A DNA stretch of 64,000 bases from an uncultured archaeon. GTDB lineage: Archaea; Asgardarchaeota; Thorarchaeia; Thorarchaeales; Thorarchaeaceae. The notes under the pieces were generated by a model. The model saw nothing but the letters and a program-made list of their open reading frames with translations. It was not told the origin of the DNA and searched no databases. The stretch spans positions 192,001-256,000 of the forward strand of contig CAZLEV010000003.1 of the NCBI GenBank assembly GCA_964558645.1, in the 5' to 3' direction. Below are positions 50,234 through 58,799 of this stretch, one piece after another (the stretch's first letter is position 1; every line of letters starts with the position of its first letter). The translations under genes and the position numbers were made by a program.

Positions 50234-51619
50234 CTACTCTGTTGGTGTGCTCGCTTCCATATAGTAGCTGAAAAGCTCTCGGAAGTCGTTGATAGCGCTA
50301 ACGAGTTCCTTTCGGGATGTGCCCTTGGATCTCATGAACCAACTCTGTTTCAACGGAGATGGACCACTATGGAGATTGACTAGCTGAGTTGCTTCATTTA
50401 TGAGTTGAACAAGCTCCGGAATCTTCGGTAGTCCGAGAAGCAACAAAAGATTAGTCGCATAGTCCCTCTTTTCATATTGAACATAGCATGGAGTGATGGC
50501 AGCTCCTGGTGCAATGAACTGGTCGAGAGCCTCTTTGAGATGCATACCATATTCTGCCTTCGAAATATGTCGCGGCCCGCTGAAGACATAGTAGACGCTC
50601 TCAGCATTAGGCTCCTCGCCAACGTCTGCATATGAACACTCCTTCACGGCATAATCGATCATAGTTCGGAGCTGTTTTGGCATACTCCCAGCATCGGGGA
50701 TCAGACCAACATCCGTGTAGAGTGCAGGCACGACCACTGGATCCAGTTTCCGTGCGTAGTCTGCGAGATCTGTTGTTGGGAATACATCCTTATGTGTTTC
50801 ATAGACGCCTGGTGAGAGCATTGCTTCGACAACATCAAGAGCAAGCGGATTGACAAGCTCTACAAAGGCCTGTTCGGTTCTCTCCTCAATCTCAGTCGCC
50901 TCATCGAGAGTTGAGGGTACCATTGTTTCGATTGAACCTACACTGGCTATGTCAACGTTAAGCTCTCGCTCAAGATAATCAACGCTATCGCTTCTTCGTG
51001 ACTGGAGGATTCGTTTCAGCATTGTCCTGTTACTCAGGAGAATAGTTAGGTCTGCCCCACGTTCCTGTAGCTGTGCACGGAGTAGTTTGGAGACCGCCCA
51101 TATGGAGTTGAGTGCCTCACTTGATTGTCCCTCAAAGGGAAGAATGCCGATTACATAAACGAAAATCCTGCGGCCTTCCTCTTCTTGGAATCGCTGCTTG
51201 AGGAGCTCAATCACTGCTGGCGTACCGCCACATCCAGTTCCTCCTCCGAGACTTGTGAATATGCAGAACCCGGAAACACCCTCGAATCCAAGGTTACTGA
51301 GCTGGTCAAAGATTATGTCCTTCGAGTCCATGACTGCCTGATAGCCGTCCATGAAACGGCCACCAACTCCAATCTCCGATGAACCGTAGAGCAAGGTGTG
51401 TTCCTTAGGAATGCCATATTTCGATCTGACCTTGGTAAGATCTGCTCTGTCGGTGTTCATCAGAAGATATCCTCTGACACGCGATGGTAGCTTACGGTCT
51501 CGGCTCGCCTTGAGGTACGAGCCAACTATATTCGAGCCTGCCTCACCAATGCCTATGGCGAATACCTCTGCCGCTTTCGTAGACTCATCCTCGGTCTTCT
51601 TTGAACTATCTCGAAACAT
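50234..51619 (-). CDS. Tubulin/FtsZ superfamily GTPase with tubulin-like features
   Basis: IGIGEAGSNI (T1), NTDRADL (T2), GVGG (T3), GFCIFTSLGGGTGCG (T4), EALNS, LSN, TDLADYARKLDP (T7/H8), C-terminal helices. Confidence 0.92.
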   Translation of the reverse strand: MFRDSSKKTEDESTKAAEVFAIGIGEAGSNIVGSYLKASRDRKLPSRVRGYLLMNTDRADLTKVRSKYGIPKEHTLLYGSSEIGVGGRFMDGYQAVMDSKDIIFDQLSNLGFEGVSGFCIFTSLGGGTGCGGTPAVIELLKQRFQEEEGRRIFVYVIGILPFEGQSSEALNSIWAVSKLLRAQLQERGADLTILLSNRTMLKRILQSRRSDSVDYLERELNVDIASVGSIETMVPSTLDEATEIEERTEQAFVELVNPLALDVVEAMLSPGVYETHKDVFPTTDLADYARKLDPVVVPALYTDVGLIPDAGSMPKQLRTMIDYAVKECSYADVGEEPNAESVYYVFSGPRHISKAEYGMHLKEALDQFIAPGAAITPCYVQYEKRDYATNLLLLLGLPKIPELVQLINEATQLVNLHSGPSPLKQSWFMRSKGTSRKELVSAINDFRELFSYYMEASTPTE

Positions 51620-51623
51620 GATA

Positions 51624-54311
51624 TTATCCCCGTTTCTTAACCATTGTGTCCGCTATAACTCGAACTGCCCATGATAGATATGAGCTTATGTCCTCTCTGC
51701 TGTAGGTCTCGCGGATTTTCCGTACAGCGTCATCCAAGAATTCATCTCGCTTGTCTGCGCTCTCCGCTGGACTGAATCCGGCCATGAACATCTTCAATGA
51801 TTTGTGCCAGTCGTCCATCTTCTCTGCTTTGTCGACCCATCCCTTGCGTAGTTTCTTGAGCTCGTTGAAGTGCTTGAGTGCTTCATCAAGAACCAGTGCT
51901 TCATTTAGCTTCGCTTCCAGTTCATACATGCGGTCCAGCGGGTAAATCTTCACGCTGAAGTCCTTTGGATGCTTCTCAAAGACACGTTCAATTGTTGAGT
52001 AGTACTCGCTCTTCTCACGTAATTCAGAGTCAAACTCTTCCGAATCCTTGTTAGCAATGCTCTTGATTACTGTGAGCATCTCTTCCTGCACGTTAGCCAA
52101 TGTAAGACAAACGTCCAGTGCCTCGTTGATGTGCTTAGACTCTGCATCTAGTTGTACTGGTACCTGCTCAACCAGTGTGTTCAAGCGCGCCACGAACTCT
52201 GACATGCCTTCTTCCTCAAAGAGATGAATTGCATCTTTTATCTGACTGTATGCTTCATCCACTCTGCTTCTGATCTTCTTGTGAAGGTCTTGGGATGTTG
52301 TGAGATTGGCAAGTCTGTCAAAGTCCTCAGCAGCAGCTTCAAGGTCACGTGGTGGTTCCGCCTTGATCTTTCTGAGAACGTCAAGCTCCTTAGTGACTTC
52401 CACTCCGATGCTCTCTGCCTTCTCGAATGATTGCTCCAAGTCGTCGACTTCTTCCATGAGCAAGTCGATGACTTCAGAGCTGATCTTCTTCTCGTATATC
52501 TCGATCATTTTGCGAGCGATTGCCGGTAAGCTGAAGACAGTATCCGCTGCCACTCCAATATTGTTTAGTTCACTGATTGCTTCTTGGACATCTGGGGGTA
52601 TCGTTACTCCTGCTCCCATGAGTTTGGCCGCTGCAAGTCGAATCTTGACCCGTAGACGATATCTGAGATTCTCCAACGAATCTTTCGCTTTTGCTAGAAT
52701 CGAATCCTTGATTGTCCGCATCTCAGACCTCAATGCCCCGAAATCGTCCTTCTTGTCCAGAGTACTGGCGCCGTCTTCTAGATTCACGATTATCGGCATG
52801 AAGATCTCAGCATATTCTGGCTTGATGGTTTGGAGGTCTTCGATGATAGCGTTTACTTCCTGTTTGCAGGCATCTCTGAAAGTTGCCACGCCGCTTTCCA
52901 CCGCATTCCTGAGATTGTTGAGACTCTCAACAAGATAGACTATGCTTCCTTCGAGGTCTTCAACCTTGGGCGCTTTCTTGCTCAGTTGTGCATAATCTAG
53001 CACCCTGTCGGCAGATGTTGCGAGCTCGTTGAATCTGGCCAAGTAGTTACGTATCTTGTCAGTCAGTTCCTGCTTAGCCTCATCGCGTATGGTCTTAGCC
53101 TTCAGGTAGATTTTGATCATACCATCAACGTCGGACTTCTCAAGTTCCTTTCTTGAGCTTGAAACGAACTTGCGTACACCTGACAGATCCTTTATTCCAG
53201 TGTCGTCGGGAACATCAGCTGCCTTCTCGACCTCATCGAGGGTTTCTTCTACTTGGTCTTTGAGAGCAATCTTGACTTGCCCCTCCCATTCAACCATTTT
53301 CTGATAGGAGGAGAGAAGTGACGCGACGTCCTCATTGTCGACCGAGAATACAGGAGCCTGAGGTATGACTGCTGAAGACGTGGGGATGCCCCCTTCAACT
53401 ATCTTGCTGGTTACCTCATGCTTCATGTTGATGATCCTGTCCCTTAGCATGTTGGCAACTTGGAGCCTAGCAGTTTCGAGTTGGCTCTCCAAAGATAATA
53501 GAGTAGTAAGCGTCGTGGCTTTGGATGCATCTCTTGCTAATTCACGAAGCTTCTGAGAAAAGTCCATTGGAAGGTTCAAACCCAGTCTAGTCGCAGTTTC
53601 AACGGAGGCCTGGAGGGACTCAATATCCGACATTAGAGAAACACTGAGCATTCGTGAGACTTCATCCTTACGACCGTCAAGGTAAGTCCTCTCTACTTGG
53701 AGCTTCTTCATAAGAGATAGAATATCAGGAATCGGTAAGTGAGATACTTCGTCAACAGAGACTGTCGTTGCAACTTCGCTTCGATCTATAGTGATATGCC
53801 TCTCATAGGTTTCAACAAATCTCTTGTTTTCGTCCAAGAGCTCCTTTGTATCACGAGCCAGTTCCTGATGCAGGCTGCTGTATTTCTTCGTAAACGCATC
53901 CGCAAACTCGTACAAGTGCGCTGCATCCTTGAAGTCGCCTGCGCCCATCGCTGGAACAGAAACGGCCGAGAGTGCTTTTGCATCTGCTGGCTTTATCTCC
54001 TGGATTGTTGGTATCATGCCCGTTACATCACGATGTGTCTTACGGAAAAGCTCTGCGAAATCACGAATAAGACGCATGAAGTCTTCCTCAAGGTTTCCCT
54101 CAGTATTCTCGACTTTGGATTTGACCTTCCTCTTCGAGAAGAATCCGGCGTCTTCAAGCTCGTTTTCTGTCTTCGACAGCTTTGCAAAGACATCATAGAG
54201 ATGCCTCACCTTTCTGTCTACTTGTTCTTCTAGTGAGGGATCAAGTAGTACTAGCATACCTTTCATTTCGGAAACACGGTCTAGTTCCCGTCGCCAAGTA
54301 TTCGAGTCCAA
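51624..54311 (-). CDS. Large all-helical repeat/coiled-coil rod protein (about 895 aa); first gene of the tubulin-like operon
   Basis: AGGAGGT RBS before TTG at 54311 (ORF-track start 54446 probably too long); no TM or NTPase motif; recurring 60-75 aa helical units. Confidence 0.85.
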   Translation of the reverse strand: MDSNTWRRELDRVSEMKGMLVLLDPSLEEQVDRKVRHLYDVFAKLSKTENELEDAGFFSKRKVKSKVENTEGNLEEDFMRLIRDFAELFRKTHRDVTGMIPTIQEIKPADAKALSAVSVPAMGAGDFKDAAHLYEFADAFTKKYSSLHQELARDTKELLDENKRFVETYERHITIDRSEVATTVSVDEVSHLPIPDILSLMKKLQVERTYLDGRKDEVSRMLSVSLMSDIESLQASVETATRLGLNLPMDFSQKLRELARDASKATTLTTLLSLESQLETARLQVANMLRDRIINMKHEVTSKIVEGGIPTSSAVIPQAPVFSVDNEDVASLLSSYQKMVEWEGQVKIALKDQVEETLDEVEKAADVPDDTGIKDLSGVRKFVSSSRKELEKSDVDGMIKIYLKAKTIRDEAKQELTDKIRNYLARFNELATSADRVLDYAQLSKKAPKVEDLEGSIVYLVESLNNLRNAVESGVATFRDACKQEVNAIIEDLQTIKPEYAEIFMPIIVNLEDGASTLDKKDDFGALRSEMRTIKDSILAKAKDSLENLRYRLRVKIRLAAAKLMGAGVTIPPDVQEAISELNNIGVAADTVFSLPAIARKMIEIYEKKISSEVIDLLMEEVDDLEQSFEKAESIGVEVTKELDVLRKIKAEPPRDLEAAAEDFDRLANLTTSQDLHKKIRSRVDEAYSQIKDAIHLFEEEGMSEFVARLNTLVEQVPVQLDAESKHINEALDVCLTLANVQEEMLTVIKSIANKDSEEFDSELREKSEYYSTIERVFEKHPKDFSVKIYPLDRMYELEAKLNEALVLDEALKHFNELKKLRKGWVDKAEKMDDWHKSLKMFMAGFSPAESADKRDEFLDDAVRKIRETYSREDISSYLSWAVRVIADTMVKKRG

Positions 54312-54508
54312 ATGCCTACCTCCTTTATGGGGCCTAGTCTTTCTCAGTGCACTATGTTTTAAGTGTGTTCTCCGTAGCTCCTCCCAGACTTGTATATTTC
54401 TATGACAGGCTGCTCCTATTGTGATAAAGCATTGTTTTATTAGCACACGAAAATGCCTTATGTTCTACATAGGACCCTGCGTAAGGGAAAGCTAGGCGAG
54501 TCGATAGA

Positions 54509-56452
54509 ATGTCGAGCCCGACTGGAGGTTCAGCAGAGACAGTTCCTCTTCGTCATGAGACTATCACACTGCTTGAGACCGACGTCTTGTCGGTTGTACA
54601 TGACGATGAACATGTCTATGCTGCTTGCAAGGATATGAAGGTCAGAGTATGGGCCAAGTCCAATTGGCATCTAGTTGCCACGCTAGGTGACACAAGTTCT
54701 GAACCCCTTGGGCTTCATATTGATAATGAGCACATCTACGCAACATGCGAGAAACGAGTCTATGTATGGAAGAAGCATACTTGGGGCATGATAGGATGGT
54801 TCGAGCTGAGCTACCAAGCTGCCACATCGATGATTCATGGAGAGTACCTTTACGTTGGCGCCAAGGATGGGCGACTTGTCTCGATTCGCAAAGACACACA
54901 TGAAACAAGTTCATGGCAACTACACAACTCAGACATTTCATCACTGTGGGCAAACGCCGATATCATATGTACTTGCTCGAAGAAGGATAGGCCCAGAGTA
55001 TGGAGATACAACGCGGACCAAGCCCCCTCTGAAGTAACTGAGCTTGAAGGAAAAGAGAAGTGCACAGATATCTCCGGAAGCAACGAACTCCTGATAGTAG
55101 GGTTAGGGACAGGCGAGATAAGACTCTGGGATCGAGTTGAATTTGACCTTGTAAAAACACTGAGCCTTGGCATTAACGAGCCAATCAGGCATATGTGGAA
55201 TAACAACCAGTATCTTGTTGCAGTCATCGGCGCCAAAACCATTGGCATCTGGGACCTGAAGAGTGGGGCAGAGATTGGATCCACAGAGATTGAGGATGTC
55301 GATATCAGCTTCCTCAGTGTTGATGGCGAACATATGTACATCGCGACTGATGACGGAATTCTGGTCGAGCGTTTCTCTCTTGGGGAGGTCATTCTTGATC
55401 TTGACTCTGAGGCTGGCATGGAGTTTGGTGCGAGCCTATTACGTACTTCTCCATATGACGTGTTGGAAGGCGTTCTTGATTTGAAACAGAAGGGTGAATC
55501 TCTGCTCAAAGAGGGAGAGTATCACAACGCTGTGACCCAATTCGAGAAAGCACTCCAGCTACTGATTGACAATAGCCACGCACTTCTAGAGGTTCCTGAG
55601 GAACAAGAGAAACTCACGCGAGAGCTTAACACCAAACTTGGAAGGGCCCTTCTCCGGAGTAAGATTGTGGAGCTTCATGATATCAATGCCCGTATTGAGC
55701 AGATATCAGACGAGCTAGAACTGAAAGGTAAAACAGAAATAGAGGAGAAGGAACTCGAAAAGCTCTGGAGGGAGGCTGCATCTGCAGCCAAAGAGAGCCG
55801 TGTGCTTGCAGAAGCGCAGGCTGGAGATATGCTTGCTTACCAGTTGTCCTATGTTGCCGATAGCTTGGAGTCAGATCTTCAGGATGCCAAGCAGAAAGTT
55901 GAGCAATACCGTGACAAGGTTCAGCAGGTTGTCGCCTTGACCCATGGCATAATGAGCGAATGGCGCTGGATGGAGCGTCGGAGGACCACACTTGCTCAGA
56001 GGAAAGCGTTTCTTGAGAACGCCATCGAGAGGCTCGAAAAGCGGCTTGACGAAGTGGATGATGATGAAGAGGTTCGTGATATTCTCGAAGAGGCGATAGA
56101 AGAACACAAGCAGATTCAAGACCAGATATCTCGTATTCTTGAAGCCTCTGAGAACGGTGAAGAAGAAGAGATTACTGATAGGGATGAGGCCGTAGCGGCA
56201 GTCAACGGCCTTCTGAAAGTCATGCCAAAGAGGAGGAGCGCATTGCTCTCAATTGAGGATTCTGAGGAACGACAGCAGGAGAAGGAGCGTCTGAAAAGCG
56301 CCCTGCAACAAGCGCTTGAAACCGCAGAACAACACAGTCTGAAGGAAGAGATTCGAAACATTGAGAATGAACTCAATGCACTGGAAGGAATCGACTTGGC
56401 CAGAGAGCGCGTGTCACCACACGTAGATACCGAGGACACCGACCAACAGTAA
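54509..56452 (+). CDS. WD40 beta-propeller plus TPR/MIT-like helical bundle plus coiled-coil protein
   Basis: Repeats ending VRVW, VYVW, PRVW, IRLWD, IGIWD; LKQKGESLLKEGEYHNAVTQFEKALQLL; E/K/Q-rich heptad C-half. Confidence 0.85.
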   Translation: MSSPTGGSAETVPLRHETITLLETDVLSVVHDDEHVYAACKDMKVRVWAKSNWHLVATLGDTSSEPLGLHIDNEHIYATCEKRVYVWKKHTWGMIGWFELSYQAATSMIHGEYLYVGAKDGRLVSIRKDTHETSSWQLHNSDISSLWANADIICTCSKKDRPRVWRYNADQAPSEVTELEGKEKCTDISGSNELLIVGLGTGEIRLWDRVEFDLVKTLSLGINEPIRHMWNNNQYLVAVIGAKTIGIWDLKSGAEIGSTEIEDVDISFLSVDGEHMYIATDDGILVERFSLGEVILDLDSEAGMEFGASLLRTSPYDVLEGVLDLKQKGESLLKEGEYHNAVTQFEKALQLLIDNSHALLEVPEEQEKLTRELNTKLGRALLRSKIVELHDINARIEQISDELELKGKTEIEEKELEKLWREAASAAKESRVLAEAQAGDMLAYQLSYVADSLESDLQDAKQKVEQYRDKVQQVVALTHGIMSEWRWMERRRTTLAQRKAFLENAIERLEKRLDEVDDDEEVRDILEEAIEEHKQIQDQISRILEASENGEEEEITDRDEAVAAVNGLLKVMPKRRSALLSIEDSEERQQEKERLKSALQQALETAEQHSLKEEIRNIENELNALEGIDLARERVSPHVDTEDTDQQ

Positions 56453-56464
56453 CTGCAGATTTAC

Positions 56465-57097
56465 TTACCCTGCAGCCGGATACTCGTCAGAAATGCCTAG
56501 CTCGAAGAGATTGTCTTGACGCAATAGTTCGATCCACTCGTCAGCCAAGGGTTGGAGACCCGGGTCAATGGCAAAAGCTGTTTCTGCGGCCTGCAAGGCC
56601 TCATTGTAGGACTCCTCGATGAGGTAACAGACAGCGAGGTTGTACCAGGCTACAGCCGAGTTTGGGTTGAGGCTTAGGGCACGTTCAAGCGAGTGTTTAG
56701 CTTCCTCCCATCGCTCATGGGCGATAAGGGCAATGGCAAGAAGCTCCCAATCTCTGCTCCGCTTGGGTCTGATTCGAAGGCTCTCTTGCAGAGCGTCAAT
56801 TCCCTCATCACTCTCATTAAGAAGCAGGTGAAGATATCCTTTTTCAGCCCATGCTTTTTCAGAACAGGGTTTAATTCTCACTACGTTCTCAAGCGCCTCC
56901 AAGGCTTTCTTCGGTCGTTTCAGTTCAAGGTTGCAGACAGCTATTCGCTCCCAGATGTGATAGTTGTCTGGGTCGATTAGTGCTCCCTCTTCAAGAGCGT
57001 CCACAGCCTCAGAGAACCTGAACTTCTTCATCAAGACAGAGGCCTGATCCAGAATACCGTTTACTGCATTGTTTTTGTGGTTGTTTCTTAACAACAC
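56465..57097 (-). CDS. Tetratricopeptide repeat protein
   Basis: About 5 TPR units (e.g. AWYNLAVCYLIEESYNEALQAAETAFAIDP). Confidence 0.88.
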   Translation of the reverse strand: MLLRNNHKNNAVNGILDQASVLMKKFRFSEAVDALEEGALIDPDNYHIWERIAVCNLELKRPKKALEALENVVRIKPCSEKAWAEKGYLHLLLNESDEGIDALQESLRIRPKRSRDWELLAIALIAHERWEEAKHSLERALSLNPNSAVAWYNLAVCYLIEESYNEALQAAETAFAIDPGLQPLADEWIELLRQDNLFELGISDEYPAAG

Positions 57098-57189
57098 TCA
57101 ACACCCCAGGTTGTGAGATCCCATGTTCTGATGATGCCAGCCCAATTTAAACATAGAAAAACCTTGTTCTGATAGCAAAATAACCCAGA

Positions 57190-57215
57190 GGACAGAGCTA
57201 GCTTCAGCTCTGTCC
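57190..57215 (-). terminator. Perfect 10-bp hairpin downstream of stop at 57224
   Basis: GGACAGAGCT-N6-AGCTCTGTCC, then TCTGGGTTATTTT on the minus strand. Confidence 0.55.
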
Positions 57216-57223
57216 ATGGGCAG

Positions 57224-58687
57224 TTACTGGTCCCAACCAGTCAGGGTTATCTTGACGATGTTTCCCAACATCAAGCTGTCTGGAGTTACCAACTTGAGTG
57301 GCCAGTCCGGATCGGTTAAGAGCTCACCATCTGCCCATCCTGCTATTATGAGGCTGTTATTGAAGGCCGCCTCGAGGGCTGTGAAGGTTAGGTTTGCACC
57401 AGAGCCCGAGTACAGAGTGACGTTGTATCCCATCGATACCAGTGTGGTATTGAACTGGAAATGCTCATCATCGCCTCCATCCATGGCCGAGATGAGAGTC
57501 CAGAGCGGAAGCCCTGTGTAGTTGACAGAGTCGACTTCTAGAGCAATTCGGTGATGAGCGCAAGAGGCCGCAGCGTAGTAGGTATCATAGGTCATATTGA
57601 AGGACACCACGCCCTCAAGCTGCAGTTCCCATGGTGTCGTCGTGTCTTGTACTGCAATCTCCACGACATCCTTTGCCCAGAGGTGTCCCTCACTGAAGTA
57701 GTCCTCGTCGCAGAGGAAGATGATTCGGAGGGGACCTCCAAAGTCCGAAGAGAGAGGCTCACCGTCTTGCCCATAGGCTAGCAACATTGTAAAGTTTGCA
57801 TAACCCGCCACCTCTCCTGTTTCGGGATCGAAAGCCTGTAGTGTGCCTTCTGCTTGGTCTTGAGTATAATAAACTGTAAAGCCGTCACCAGCAATTGCCC
57901 GTACTGAGTATTCAGCAGGCAGTCCCAGTTCCTGGCTCAAGAGGTTGTAAATGGGAACCCCTGTATAGTTGTAAGGCCCTTGCGGGTTTGGTGGTGTGAC
58001 ACCAGTCTTGACATAGCCGGCCGAACCTGTTATGGAACCGAACTCTTTAATTTCGTCCATTGAGTAGAATTTCGACTCGTCTCCCATTCTCAGGGTCAAT
58101 GCTGATTCGGGTGCTGATATGATTTCGATTCTGGCAACATTCTGAACACACCGCGGTCCTGCAGCACTCCCAAGGAGCCTTTCAGTAGTACTGTTCCCGT
58201 AGTCGTTATTTGAGTAGTACCCATCCTCCGGGAGGAACATGATTCTGTAACCCTCCTCCCAAGTTGGAACCTCGGTGCCGTTAAACTCAAAGGCGAGAAC
58301 CATGTCGCCTTGGTAGGAGTACCAGTCTTCATCAGGATAGACATTCCCGTAGGAGTACTGCTGGTTGTATCCGTCGGTTGCTGTGATGTTCAGCCACTGG
58401 TCTTCTGTCATCCCGCCCACAGCCTCGATAAGCACTGATACGTTGACACCCTTGTAGGTTCCTTGGCCTCTCACGTTACCAAACGAGTTCTGAAATGACC
58501 CTTCTCTCCCCACTGCAGGCAACGCTCTTAAATCACTAAGCGTGAGTTCTGTTGTTCCAGCAATTCCGATTACTTCGACAGACGGCCCCGTATCAGCCGG
58601 CGGTATCATCATGAGTCCGACAATTGCAGAACCCGCAACTACCAATACGACGACGAGTACTGCGTATAGCTTTGTGTTTGATTCCAT
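57224..58687 (-). CDS. Membrane-anchored protein with three tandem molybdopterin-oxidoreductase (sulfite oxidase-like) domains
   Basis: N-terminal TM; three copies of Y[KT]G[VL]....L, (A.DG[YF]), LA...DG/NG, PL[RK][IL], [ND][VI]..I; start MESNTK after AAGGTGG. Confidence 0.8.
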   Translation of the reverse strand: MESNTKLYAVLVVVLVVAGSAIVGLMMIPPADTGPSVEVIGIAGTTELTLSDLRALPAVGREGSFQNSFGNVRGQGTYKGVNVSVLIEAVGGMTEDQWLNITATDGYNQQYSYGNVYPDEDWYSYQGDMVLAFEFNGTEVPTWEEGYRIMFLPEDGYYSNNDYGNSTTERLLGSAAGPRCVQNVARIEIISAPESALTLRMGDESKFYSMDEIKEFGSITGSAGYVKTGVTPPNPQGPYNYTGVPIYNLLSQELGLPAEYSVRAIAGDGFTVYYTQDQAEGTLQAFDPETGEVAGYANFTMLLAYGQDGEPLSSDFGGPLRIIFLCDEDYFSEGHLWAKDVVEIAVQDTTTPWELQLEGVVSFNMTYDTYYAAASCAHHRIALEVDSVNYTGLPLWTLISAMDGGDDEHFQFNTTLVSMGYNVTLYSGSGANLTFTALEAAFNNSLIIAGWADGELLTDPDWPLKLVTPDSLMLGNIVKITLTGWDQ

Positions 58688-58799
58688 TTCTGCTATCCAC
58701 CTTTCCGTTATGTTTGGTTGTGCAGAACGGACTGAACCCGGTAATATACCTTGGGGATTCGCCAAGAAAACGGAGCTCTGGACTCAGCCTATCGGGTGA

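Noticed and set aside
50234-51619. Calling the GTPase canonical ftsZ
   Set aside because: Lacks GGGGxN and GAGxxP motifs and a linker plus C-terminal core peptide; has tubulin-like C-terminal helices and a different gene context
51624-54311. SMC/Rad50 or chemoreceptor assignment for the rod protein
   Set aside because: No Walker A/B, signature, hinge or zinc-hook motif; no MCP hairpin or TM
54312-54446. ORF-track N-terminal extension of the 940-aa protein
   Set aside because: Strong AGGAGGT RBS precedes TTG at 54311; the extension covers the AT-rich divergent promoter region
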